Assembly: GCA_003551665.1 (NCBI GenBank)
Contig: PUNE01000124.1
Coordinates: 19,720-83,719 of the forward strand
From: Halobacteroidaceae bacterium
GTDB lineage: Bacteria > Bacillota > Halanaerobiia > B1SED10-174
Direction of reading: 5' to 3'
DNA length: 64,000 nt
Shown here: in pieces, positions 54,201 through 62,467 of the stretch
Position numbering within the stretch: position 1 is the stretch's first letter
How the letters are laid out: every line of letters starts with the position of its first letter
Program-made: the position numbers and the translations under genes
The notes under the pieces: model-generated
The model's input: the letters and a program-made list of their open reading frames with translations, nothing else
Databases searched by the model: none
Told to the model about the DNA's origin: nothing

Positions 54201-55794
54201 TGAATGGATTGAATCCTATTCCTATCCATTTATTGATCCGGAGGGAAATGCAATCGGAGTCGTTGAATTTATCCGCGACATTACCGACCGGAAAAAAGCG
54301 GAACAGGAAATAAAAAATACCAAATTAAAGGTAGAAAGACTGCACGAAAAGACTCTCCAGATCAACCTTGCTGAAAAAGAGGAGCAGGTTCATAAACTGA
54401 TTATAGGGGCTGCGGAGGAAATTTTAAACTTTCGCCTGTGTACAGTTGATATTGTGGAGAATAATTTTTTCGTGGTGAAAGCAACTTCCAAAGCAATGCC
54501 TGAAGGTGGATCAAGAAACATGGCTGTAACGGAAGGTATTGCAGGAAAGTCTTTTGCCAAGGGAAAAACAATATTGATTAATGACCTGTGGGAGGCAGAG
54601 GGTGGAAGGCCGATCAAGAGATCCTACCGGGCTCTTCTCAGTACCCCCATCGGACAGCTGGGAATTTTCCAGGCCGTTTCTACCCGGAAAAATTTCTTTA
54701 CCCAGGAGGATGTTAACCTGGCGGAGATTTTAATCAACCACGCTGCTGAAGCAATTAAAAGGATCAGATCTGAAAAAAATATCAGGTATATGAGCTTCCA
54801 CGATAGCCTGACCGGTCTTTATAACAGGACCTTCCTGGAGCATGAGATAAAACGGATGGATACCGGTATGCATAATCCCATCAGCATAATAATGGGAGAT
54901 ATCAATGGCCTGAAGCTTGTTAATGACGCTTACGGCCACAATGATGGGGATGAGTTACTGAAAAGTGCAGCACAAATTTTGAAAAAAATATGTCGCAATG
55001 AAGATATAATTGGTCGCTGGGGTGGAGACGAGTTCGTAATACTTTTACCCAAGACCTCTCTCTTAGAAGCAAATGCTATCTGTTATCGGATAATAAATGA
55101 AAGCAAAGGGGTTTCCATAAAAACCATTCCTCTTTCCATGGCCCTTGGGGTTGCAAGTAAAGAAAACATTGATGACGACATATTTGCAACCCTGGCGCTA
55201 GCGGAAAAAAGGATGTATAGGAATAAGCTTTCTGAAAGCAGAAGTGCGAGGAGTGCGGTTCTTACCAGCCTGATAAAGACTCTGGAAGAAAAGAGCCAGG
55301 AAACAGAAGAACACACTTTAAGGATGGGAGAACTGGCAAAAAAAATGGCCAGAAAAATTGGCCTATTACAGGAAGAAATGAACCGGTTGAATATTCTGGT
55401 TTCTCTCCACGATATCGGGAAAATAGTAATCCCGGAATACATCCTGAATAAACCCGGGAAACTGAACGAAGAAGAGTGGCGTATGGTCAAAACCCACCCG
55501 GAAACAGGGTACAGGATAGCCCGTTCTACAGATGAGATTTCTCACGTGGCGGAAGAAATTTTATCCCACCACGAAAGATGGGATGGGAAGGGCTATCCCC
55601 GTGGTCTGGCGGGAGAGGATATTCCACTCCTGGCCAGAATCAATGCCATTGTGGATGCTTTTGATGTTATGACCAATGGGCGCCCCTATAAAAAGCCAAT
55701 AAGCAGGCAGGAAGCGATAGCTGAACTCAAAAGGTGTGCCGGGGAACAGTTTGATCCCGAACTGGTAAGAATTTTCATAGAAATTTTAGAATAA
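51241..55794 (+). CDS. Multi-PAS/GAF diguanylate cyclase / HD-GYP phosphodiesterase
   Basis: About 8 PAS/PAC repeats (DIT/DIS.RK ends), GAF-like segment, HDSLTGLYNR, RNED I-site, RWGGDEF, HDIGK, HHERWDGKGYP, RPYKK. Confidence 0.93.
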   Translation: MKNKTPKLRAFLETLPQGFSYHKVITDERGTPVDFIFLEVNPSFEKITGLSAEDVLNRPVTEVFPGIEKEEDKFIINAGRVGLGGGSSVLERYFPHLDKWFELSISSAEKGFFGVLFRDITRTKKTEKSFRESREKYREVLSTLDEGIIIQDSSGRVLECNDTAEKILGLSKTEIFQSEGKIFGERLVNKDGEKLDFLDSDGETGQQKNRVIGFKKDNGEIAWLNLKKKNLNSGGQEKSLDIISFSEITQQIALEEKQKRNEEKYRALVNQSVDMLFVHDFEGNILEVNQETVKRTGFSREKLLQMKVFDLHINPDDGDWIIQEWKNWKVGNGPVTIEDYHVHADGSVVPVEIATGKVAYGGQEYILALVRDISERKQMEAALRSSEENLKTTLNSIGDAVIATDLEGLIVRMNPVAEKLTGWPEEGARGVPLADVFKIVNSRTGAPVKNPVQEVLSSGKTVGLANHTMLIGKDGQKYQIADSASPILNQEGEITGVVLVFRDITGEYQIQERLKKSEERHNLAMTAANDGIWDWNIAEGKVYFDPRYFTMAGYEPDEFPHTPASWEERVHPDDIDGAKEAIRAHLSGETSELKTEFRFKCRDGSWMWILGRGKILGRDENGNPERMVGIHSEITNRKRAEEELKTQKERLGSFLEGTDVGTWEWNVQTGENIFNEKWAEIIGYTLEELHPTSLETWRELVHPEDLPASETMLEKHLNGEVDLYDMEYRMQHKDGCWVWVQDRGKVISWTEDGKPLWFFGTHLDISERKETERALRESEERLQLMTRNYHDVVVELDSEGICRYISPSFKKVLGRGNEVIGYNLFEFIHPEDLKRVIDVFQNSIKTGEEARIELRYRHPEKGYIWLESIGSTYKNRNNETVLLTTTRDISHRKKIEQDLLQSKNLIEGIFNSIQDGISVLNPDLSIRKVNKAMEKWYDKNLPLQGKKCYEAYQNRSEPCQPCPSLKAMETGVMQVEAVKLPDNIEGIEWIESYSYPFIDPEGNAIGVVEFIRDITDRKKAEQEIKNTKLKVERLHEKTLQINLAEKEEQVHKLIIGAAEEILNFRLCTVDIVENNFFVVKATSKAMPEGGSRNMAVTEGIAGKSFAKGKTILINDLWEAEGGRPIKRSYRALLSTPIGQLGIFQAVSTRKNFFTQEDVNLAEILINHAAEAIKRIRSEKNIRYMSFHDSLTGLYNRTFLEHEIKRMDTGMHNPISIIMGDINGLKLVNDAYGHNDGDELLKSAAQILKKICRNEDIIGRWGGDEFVILLPKTSLLEANAICYRIINESKGVSIKTIPLSMALGVASKENIDDDIFATLALAEKRMYRNKLSESRSARSAVLTSLIKTLEEKSQETEEHTLRMGELAKKMARKIGLLQEEMNRLNILVSLHDIGKIVIPEYILNKPGKLNEEEWRMVKTHPETGYRIARSTDEISHVAEEILSHHERWDGKGYPRGLAGEDIPLLARINAIVDAFDVMTNGRPYKKPISRQEAIAELKRCAGEQFDPELVRIFIEILE

Positions 55795-55807
55795 AAAGGA
55801 GAGAATA

Positions 55808-55832
55808 GAAAAAGGCCGATAAGGCCTTTTTT
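55808..55832 (+). terminator. Intrinsic terminator
   Basis: AAAAAGGCC-GATAA-GGCCTTTTTT. Confidence 0.7.
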
Positions 55833-56070
55833 CTCATGTAAAGAGGGGGTCGAAGTTAAAATATTTCCCATGATTATTTAACCTCCGGGGAAAAAGATTC
55901 CCCCATCAAATGAAAAAAGTCCCCCAAAAGGAAAAGATGGGGGAAATTTTATGGTAGTGTTTTTGGGGAGCCTTAATGAAAACCCCCTGTTTTTTGGTCT
56001 TAGACCAATTTCCTTACAGGGGGTTGGTTTTTATCGCAGGCTAAGTTTTTTAAAAAGCAGAGCGTTTCTG

Positions 56071-57201
56071 CTAGTTTGAACTCAAGACCTCGGGGAATTC
56101 TTTTTCGGGTATCATTGTCCCGATGTGCTCTTCAATTTCGTACAGGGTCATGATATCATTACCGGTAACGAAGGTGACGGCTCGACCACCGTTTCCGCTC
56201 CTGGCTGTTCTGCCAATTCTGTGGACGTATCCATCCTTCTCCTGGGGAACATCATAATTAATTACCAGAGAGAGGTTATCAACGTGGATTCCCCTGGAAG
56301 CAACGTCTGTTGCAACCAACAGGGGTGAACGTCCCTGCTTGAAAAGGTCAATGGTTTTCATCCGCTTTTTCTGAGGGATGTTTCCGTGCAGGGCCCGGGA
56401 AGAAAATCCCTTTTCAGAAAGAAAGCGCTGGACCCGGTCTACTGTATGCCTTGTGTTGCAGAAGATGACGCAGCTCCGGGGTTTTTCGCTTTTAAGGAGG
56501 CGGTCCAGCTGGGTCCGCTTTTCCTTTTTACTCACCCGGTAATAAACCTGCTCAACGGTCTCGACAGTCTTGGTTGAAGATTGGATTTCAATTGTATGGG
56601 GGTTTTTCATGTATTGAGTACAGATTTTTTTTATTTCTGATGGAATTGTTGCAGAAAAAAGCAGGGTAACACGGTTCTTGGGTAATTTCTGGATAATTTT
56701 TTTAATCTGGTCAATAAAGCCCATGTCAAGCATTCTGTCTGCTTCATCGAGCACCAGATAGTCAATGTCTTTTGTTATTAATTTTCTGCGGAGAATATGG
56801 TCGTATACCCTGCCTGGGGTGCCGGTTACAATAGAGGGACCCTTTTCCAGAGCCTGAATTTCTGCATGCATACTGTGCTGTCCGTAAACTGCCGTGGTTT
56901 TGTGTGGTAGAAACCTGCCCATTTTTTTGAGATCCCTGTCGACCTGAACTGCCAGTTCCCGGGTTGGAGCAAGAATTAAGGCCCGGGGTCCCGGCCTTTT
57001 TCCATCGATCATTTGCAGAAGGGGAATGCCAAAAACAGCTGTTTTTCCACTGCCGGTTTTGGAGCGGACTATCAGGTCTTTTTTGGAAAAAATATGGGGG
57101 ATTCCCTTTTGCTGGACTTCAGTAGGGGTTTCAAAACCCATTTTTTCTATTGCCTTTAAGAGGGGAGGGGCAACTCCCAGTTCGGTAAAGTTGTTTTTCA
57201 T
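56071..57201 (-). CDS. DEAD-box RNA helicase (core domains only)
   Basis: Q-motif GFETPTEVQ, KTGSGKT, PTRELA, DEAD, SAT, HRIGRTAR. Confidence 0.93.
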   Translation of the reverse strand: MKNNFTELGVAPPLLKAIEKMGFETPTEVQQKGIPHIFSKKDLIVRSKTGSGKTAVFGIPLLQMIDGKRPGPRALILAPTRELAVQVDRDLKKMGRFLPHKTTAVYGQHSMHAEIQALEKGPSIVTGTPGRVYDHILRRKLITKDIDYLVLDEADRMLDMGFIDQIKKIIQKLPKNRVTLLFSATIPSEIKKICTQYMKNPHTIEIQSSTKTVETVEQVYYRVSKKEKRTQLDRLLKSEKPRSCVIFCNTRHTVDRVQRFLSEKGFSSRALHGNIPQKKRMKTIDLFKQGRSPLLVATDVASRGIHVDNLSLVINYDVPQEKDGYVHRIGRTARSGNGGRAVTFVTGNDIMTLYEIEEHIGTMIPEKEFPEVLSSN

Positions 57202-57300
57202 GTTCAACCTCTTTCTATTTGATTATAATACTCTCCAATTATAACACATTGTTCCCGGTTATGCATTAAATTTTCAGGCCTGGAAAAAGGGGTGGGAAAT

Positions 57301-57327
57301 AAAAAAGGGCTGGAAAAAATCCAGCCC
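57301..57327 (-). terminator. Intrinsic terminator of the FMN-binding lipoprotein gene
   Basis: GGGCTGGA-N5-TCCAGCCC with an A-tract on the left (U-tract on the minus strand). Confidence 0.7.
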
Positions 57328-57340
57328 GGAAAAGGAACCG

Positions 57341-58036
57341 CTATTCTATCCTGGCTTTAGCCTTGGCGTCCCTTGCTGCTTCAAGCCAGAGTTCGCTGCT
57401 TTCTGTGGCTCCGCTAAAGGTATCAACATCGAGGGAGCCTTCCATCACTATTCTCTCCTGCATTTCTCTACGGGCTTCAGGAAGGATTTCATACTCCCGG
57501 TTTTCCCAGTCAAAAAACTCATCTGTTTCCAGGTTGACCTCGTTAAAGAAAACGTCAATTACCCGGTCATCTTTTATAGAAATCCAGGCAACAGCCCGGA
57601 GGTTTTCATTGGTTGCCGTGCCCATAAAGGTGCCATTCCAGTAATCGGTTTCGATTTTTTCTTCGGGATCTTCAAGGGCCAGATAAAGGGCTTTCTCTAC
57701 GGCATCAATATATTTTTTGCTGGAGTGGGTGGAACCTGTATAGGTATCTACATTGGCGGAGTCAGCTTCAATGAAGCGTTCTTTCATGACCTGAACTCCT
57801 TCAACTGTGGGCTGATAGATGTAGGTAGAGAAATCCAGAGGTTCACCTTTCCCGGTGAATTCTTCAAGCCTGACATCTGTGATTTCATTGCCGGATAGGG
57901 TTACCTCTGCCCTGGCATAGCCATAATCATCGGCTTCAGAATAGGCCGAGAATGTTCCATCCTTGTATTGGGGACCCGGTGAGCACGCTGTTAAAAGGAA
58001 TAAAAAAAGCAAAAAGGAGAAAATGGATTTGGCCAT
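57341..58036 (-). CDS. Lipoprotein with two FMN-binding (flavinylation) domains
   Basis: Lipobox LTAC; YKDGTF/YWNGTF domain starts; VDTYTGSTHSS and VDTFSGATESS motifs. Confidence 0.8.
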   Translation of the reverse strand: MAKSIFSFLLFLFLLTACSPGPQYKDGTFSAYSEADDYGYARAEVTLSGNEITDVRLEEFTGKGEPLDFSTYIYQPTVEGVQVMKERFIEADSANVDTYTGSTHSSKKYIDAVEKALYLALEDPEEKIETDYWNGTFMGTATNENLRAVAWISIKDDRVIDVFFNEVNLETDEFFDWENREYEILPEARREMQERIVMEGSLDVDTFSGATESSELWLEAARDAKAKARIE

Positions 58037-58151
58037 ATCTTCACCTCCACCTGAATAGAATTCTCTTTGAAAATATTAAAATCCTGCAAAGATCGAAAAG
58101 GTTTGGCGGCAGGATTTTAAAATTTGTTGGACTTCAGGCGGATTATTGTAA

Positions 58152-58805
58152 TTAATCGTTGAGTTCTTTTCTTTTCCCCGTAACCATATAAATAAGCCAT
58201 TCCCCAAGATTGGTGGCATGATCCCCTATTCTTTCCAGAGAACTTGAAACGAAAAGGAGGTGAGTGGCCTGTTTGATGTTTTTTGTATCCTCCAGCATGT
58301 AGGTTAGTAGTTCCCGGAAAATCTGGTTGTGGAGCTGGTCTACACTGTCATCAAGATTGCATACTTCGTGGGCCAGGCCAACATCTTCATGAATAAATGC
58401 CTCAAGGGCTTTGTTAACCATATCCTGGGCAATTTCAGCCATGCGCGGGATATCTACCAGAGGTTTAATATGTGGTTCATCTCCAATCCGGAGGGTAATC
58501 CGGGCAATGTCTGTAGAATGGTCAGCAATTCTTTCCAGGTCGGTAATGATTTTTAGTGCTGTTCCGATTTTCCGGAGGTCCCGGGCCATAGGCTGCTGGC
58601 GGGCAATCAGGGACATACATTTTTCTTCAATCTTTAACTCCAGTTCATCAATTACATCGTCTTTTTCAATAACCTCCCGGGCTCCTTCAAGGTCATGGGT
58701 TTTTAAAGAATTTACAGCTTTCTGAATTGTTTTTTTGACCAGGCCCCCCATATAGAGAAGATCCTGGAATAATTCTTCCAGTTCATGTTCAAAAGTCTGG
58801 CGCAT
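58152..58805 (-). CDS. phoU: Phosphate signalling protein PhoU
   Basis: RQQPMARDLR, DLERIADH, LERIGDHATN. Confidence 0.95.
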   Translation of the reverse strand: MRQTFEHELEELFQDLLYMGGLVKKTIQKAVNSLKTHDLEGAREVIEKDDVIDELELKIEEKCMSLIARQQPMARDLRKIGTALKIITDLERIADHSTDIARITLRIGDEPHIKPLVDIPRMAEIAQDMVNKALEAFIHEDVGLAHEVCNLDDSVDQLHNQIFRELLTYMLEDTKNIKQATHLLFVSSSLERIGDHATNLGEWLIYMVTGKRKELND

Positions 58806-58822
58806 TTTTTTCACCTCCAGTT

Positions 58823-59581
58823 TTAGCCGAAACGGCCAGTTATATAATCTTCGGTTCTAGTATCGTCGGGGTTGGTAAATAGTTTTTGGGTCCGGTCAAA
58901 CTCGATAACCTCCCCCTGGAGGAAAAAGGCGGTTTTATGGGATATCCGGGCTGCCTGCTGCATATTGTGAGTAACAATCAATATGGGGTATTTTTCCTGG
59001 AGTTCGGCAATCAGATCTTCTATCCGGGCTGTGGCAACGGGGTCCAGGGCTGAACAAGGCTCGTCCATCAGCAAAATCTTGGGTTTTACAGCCAGGGCCC
59101 TGGCAATACACAATCTCTGTTGCTGGCCTCCGGAAAGTGAGAGGGCCGGGTGACGGAGATTATTTTTTACTTCGTCCCAGAGGGCAGCATCACGGAGGCT
59201 CTGTTCAACAATCTCGTTTAATCGGTTTTTGTTCTTCTGCCCGTGGATGCGGGGGCCATAGGCAACGTTATCATATATGCTTTTGGGGAAGGGATTTGGC
59301 TGCTGGAAAACCATTCCCACCTCACTGCGAAGGGCGACCAGGTCAATATCTTTTTTAAGGATGTCAAATCCGTTAAAAAATATTTCTCCTTTCCAGCGGG
59401 CAATGGGGATGCGGTCGACCATCCGGTTCAAGGTCTTTAAAAAACTGGATTTTCCGCACCCTGAAGGTCCAATAATGGCGGTCACCCCCTGGGAAGGGAT
59501 TGCCAGGTTTATATCTTTGAGGACTTTATTGGTACCATACCATAGGTTCAAACTCCTAATATCAAAAGCGTTTTGGGCCAT
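58823..59581 (-). CDS. pstB: Phosphate ABC transporter ATPase PstB
   Basis: [50 protein letters not shown]. Confidence 0.96.
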   Translation of the reverse strand: MAQNAFDIRSLNLWYGTNKVLKDINLAIPSQGVTAIIGPSGCGKSSFLKTLNRMVDRIPIARWKGEIFFNGFDILKKDIDLVALRSEVGMVFQQPNPFPKSIYDNVAYGPRIHGQKNKNRLNEIVEQSLRDAALWDEVKNNLRHPALSLSGGQQQRLCIARALAVKPKILLMDEPCSALDPVATARIEDLIAELQEKYPILIVTHNMQQAARISHKTAFFLQGEVIEFDRTQKLFTNPDDTRTEDYITGRFG

Positions 59582-59613
59582 GAAGAAACCCCCTGTTTAT
59601 GTGGATTAACTAA

Positions 59614-59667
59614 ATTATACAGGGGGGTTGTTAATTTAAGGTTTGTCTAATGTTAGGTTTTTGTTAA
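59614..59667 (-). promoter_or_regulatory. Pho-box array and -10 element upstream of pstB
   Basis: Minus strand TTAACA-N5-CTAACA-N5-CAAACC-N5-TTAACA (11-bp period), then N9 and TATAAT. Confidence 0.7.
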
Positions 59668-61386
59668 TTTTTTATAAGCAGGCAGCAAGACGGTAAAAGT
59701 GCTGCCCTTTCCAGGGGTGCTTTCCAGGGTTATTTTTCCGCCTGCCTGTTCGGTAATGTGCCTGACTATTGACAGGCCCAGCCCTGTGCCTCCCGAATCC
59801 CTGCTGCGGGCTTTATCAACCCTATAAAAACGTTCAAAAATCCTGGGCTGGTCTTCGTAGGGGATACCGGGGCCCTGATCTTTAACAGACCAGAAAATTT
59901 CACTTTCCTGTTTGCCGGCGGAAATTTCAAGAGCTGAATTTTCCGGGGAATGAGTTATTGCATTGCCTGTCAGGTTTAAAATAACCTGAATAAGGTCATC
60001 CTCGTTCAAATCTACGTCAAGGTCTATAGCCACAGAAGTTTTTATCTCAATGTTTTTGGTTTTTGCAACCTGTGAAAGGATTTCCAGGGCTGCCTGAGTG
60101 CAGTGGGCAAGGTTGGAAGGGCCCCCTGGGATTTTCTCTGCTGCCTCAAGCCGGGAAAGGATGAGCAGGTCATCTATTAACCGGGAAAGGCGGGTGCTTT
60201 CTTTTTCAATTATTTCCAGAAAGTGCATGGCATCCTGTTCTTTCCAGGCTCCATGGCGGAGGGTTTCAGCAAAGCCCTGGATTGCTGTCAGGGGTGTTCG
60301 GAGTTCATGGGATACATTGGCTACAAATTCCTTACGGGTATTTTCAAGAAGTTTTATCTTGGTCAAATCCTGCAGGACAATAACCATGTTTCTTTCTTCG
60401 GTATCGAGAGCAGAAGCAGAAAACCGGAGGTGCCGATAGGGGTTATCCAGGGATATTTCTTTTTCCCTGCTGCCTTTTGTTTTATCCCAGAGTCCCCTTA
60501 GGAAGTCAATTAAATCGGGTTCGTGTGTTAAGTTTAAAAGGTGAACACCTTCCGTAGCAGGAGGTTTTACCCTTAATAGCTGAAAAAAAGTTTTATTGCT
60601 GGCCTGAATGGTTCCGTTACGGTCAATTACAATAACTCCTACGGGCAAATTTTTTATGATATTTAAGGTCTGTTCCTTCTGACCTTCAATGTTTCGGACC
60701 AGTTCATGGAGGTTGTGGGACATTTCGTTAAAAACCATTTCCAGTTGACCGATTTCATCCCGGGAAGAAACAGGGAAAGGTCTGGGGAATTCCCCGCCCC
60801 CTATGGAGCGAGCTTTTTGTGCCAAATTGCGAAGGGACCCAGTGAGAGAGCGGAGGAGAAAGAAACCAATAGACCAGATAAAAACAAGCATGATTAGAAT
60901 TGCCGAAAAAATTATGGTTCTCAACTGGTTTGTTCTCTGGTTTATTAGTGTCAGCGTTCTTGCAACACGGACAACCCCAAGCACCTCACCACTGGGATCT
61001 TTTATGGGGACTGCTACATAAAGCATTTCCTGTCCCGTTGTTGCACTGTGCCGGATATTGCTGCCTGTTTCACCTCTATAGGCGGCAATAATTTCGGGCC
61101 GGGCGCTGTGGTCTTCAAGCTCTTCAGGAGGCTTTTCGCTTTCAAAAACAACCTTTCCGGTGAGGTCAATAACTGTTAGCCGGGTTTCGGAATCGGGGAA
61201 AACTCCCCATTCCCGGGTCAGAGTTTCCTCCTGGGCCAGCAACAGGGCAGTTTCCTGAAGATTTCTTTCCAGGGATTCCATGTAAAAGGATGAAAGGTAG
61301 CTGGAAAGAATATATCCAAGCAAAATGAGGGCAACCCCGATTAAAATTGAATAGGCCAACCCAATTCTCTGTTGCAGGCTGGTCAT
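59653..61386 (-). CDS. phoR: Sensor histidine kinase PhoR
   Basis: Two TM segments, HAMP, PAS, FVANVSHELRTPLT, FERFYRVDKARSR, GTGLGL. Confidence 0.9.
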   Translation of the reverse strand: MTSLQQRIGLAYSILIGVALILLGYILSSYLSSFYMESLERNLQETALLLAQEETLTREWGVFPDSETRLTVIDLTGKVVFESEKPPEELEDHSARPEIIAAYRGETGSNIRHSATTGQEMLYVAVPIKDPSGEVLGVVRVARTLTLINQRTNQLRTIIFSAILIMLVFIWSIGFFLLRSLTGSLRNLAQKARSIGGGEFPRPFPVSSRDEIGQLEMVFNEMSHNLHELVRNIEGQKEQTLNIIKNLPVGVIVIDRNGTIQASNKTFFQLLRVKPPATEGVHLLNLTHEPDLIDFLRGLWDKTKGSREKEISLDNPYRHLRFSASALDTEERNMVIVLQDLTKIKLLENTRKEFVANVSHELRTPLTAIQGFAETLRHGAWKEQDAMHFLEIIEKESTRLSRLIDDLLILSRLEAAEKIPGGPSNLAHCTQAALEILSQVAKTKNIEIKTSVAIDLDVDLNEDDLIQVILNLTGNAITHSPENSALEISAGKQESEIFWSVKDQGPGIPYEDQPRIFERFYRVDKARSRDSGGTGLGLSIVRHITEQAGGKITLESTPGKGSTFTVLLPAYKKLTKT

Positions 61387-61389
61387 GAT

Positions 61390-62076
61390 TTACCCCCTCC
61401 AGCGGTACCCTATTCCCCGCAGGGTTTCAATAGGGTTTTCGTCGGGAGCAATTTGCTCCAGTTTCTGCCGGATCTGGCGAACATGAACATCTACTGTCCG
61501 GGTATCACCGTAGTATTCATAACCCCAAACCGTTTCCAAGGCGTTTTCCCTTGTGATTACTTTCCCGGGGTGTTTACATAAAAGATAAAGGAGAGAAAAT
61601 TCTTTTGGAGTAAGGGTAAGCTCCCTATTGTGAAATATTGCAGAGAATTCTTCCGGTATTAGCTCCAAAAAACCCCTGGAGATTTTTTCTCCCTTTTCAG
61701 GGGTTTGGGTTCTCCTTAAAGCGGCTTTAATCCGGGCCAAAAGTTCCCGAACGCTGAAGGGTTTAGTAATATAATCGTCAGCGCCCATTTCCAGGCCAAG
61801 GATTTTATCAATTTCGTCACTGCGGGCTGTAAGCATAATTATAGGCACGGAAAAACCTGCTTTTTCTCTCAAACGACGACATACTTCCAGGCCATCCAAA
61901 CCTGGAAGCATCAGGTCCAGGAGAACCAGATCCGGTTTTTCCCGTGAAAAAAGTTCAAGCCCTTCTTTTCCGTCCGGCGCCCAGAAAATTTTAAAACCCT
62001 CTTTCTGGAGGTTGTATTTTAGGAGTTCAAAGATATTTTTTTCATCTTCAATAAGAAGAATGGTTTCCTTGTTCAA
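61390..62076 (-). CDS. phoP: OmpR-family response regulator PhoP/PhoB
   Basis: LLDLMLP, GADDYITKPFS, DTRTVDVHVR; adjacent to phoR-pstB-phoU. Confidence 0.9.
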   Translation of the reverse strand: MNKETILLIEDEKNIFELLKYNLQKEGFKIFWAPDGKEGLELFSREKPDLVLLDLMLPGLDGLEVCRRLREKAGFSVPIIMLTARSDEIDKILGLEMGADDYITKPFSVRELLARIKAALRRTQTPEKGEKISRGFLELIPEEFSAIFHNRELTLTPKEFSLLYLLCKHPGKVITRENALETVWGYEYYGDTRTVDVHVRQIRQKLEQIAPDENPIETLRGIGYRWRG

Positions 62077-62208
62077 AGGAGTCTCCCCCTTTCCAGTTTA
62101 TATATGATATAGTTTCCTTCTCAGGCTTATTTATCCTTTTTTGTCAGGAAGGAATATAAAGTATTAAGTAGAAGAATATAGGAGAAATAAGAACAAGGGG
62201 GTTTTTTC

Positions 62209-62397
62209 ATGAAAGTCAGAGTTGACGCCGAAGAGTGTATTAGCTGTGGTTTGTGTATCGATGAGTGCCCGGAAGTATTTGAATGGGATGAAGATGGGAA
62301 GGCACGCGCGATCAATGAAGAAGTTCCCGCAGGAGAGGAAGATTGTGCTCGAGAACAGATTGAAGCATGCCCCACTGAGGCCATAGTAGAAATTTAA
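62209..62397 (+). CDS. Ferredoxin (single 4Fe-4S cluster type)
   Basis: CISCGLC..ECPEVF...CPTEAI; acidic, 62 aa. Confidence 0.92.
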   Translation: MKVRVDAEECISCGLCIDECPEVFEWDEDGKARAINEEVPAGEEDCAREQIEACPTEAIVEI

Positions 62398-62422
62398 AAA
62401 ATGGTTTTTGAGGAACCCGAAT

Positions 62423-62467
62423 AAAAAAACAGGCCAGAGTCTTTGACTCGGGGCCTGTTCTTTTTTT
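62423..62467. terminator. Bidirectional intrinsic terminator
   Basis: AACAGGCC.GAGTC-TTT-GACTC..GGCCTGTT flanked by A and T tracts. Confidence 0.7.

Noticed and set aside
55540-55555. CACGTGG inside the HD-GYP gene as a second att site of the rlmD island
   Set aside because: The match is only about 8 nt and lies within an intact coding domain; expected by chance.
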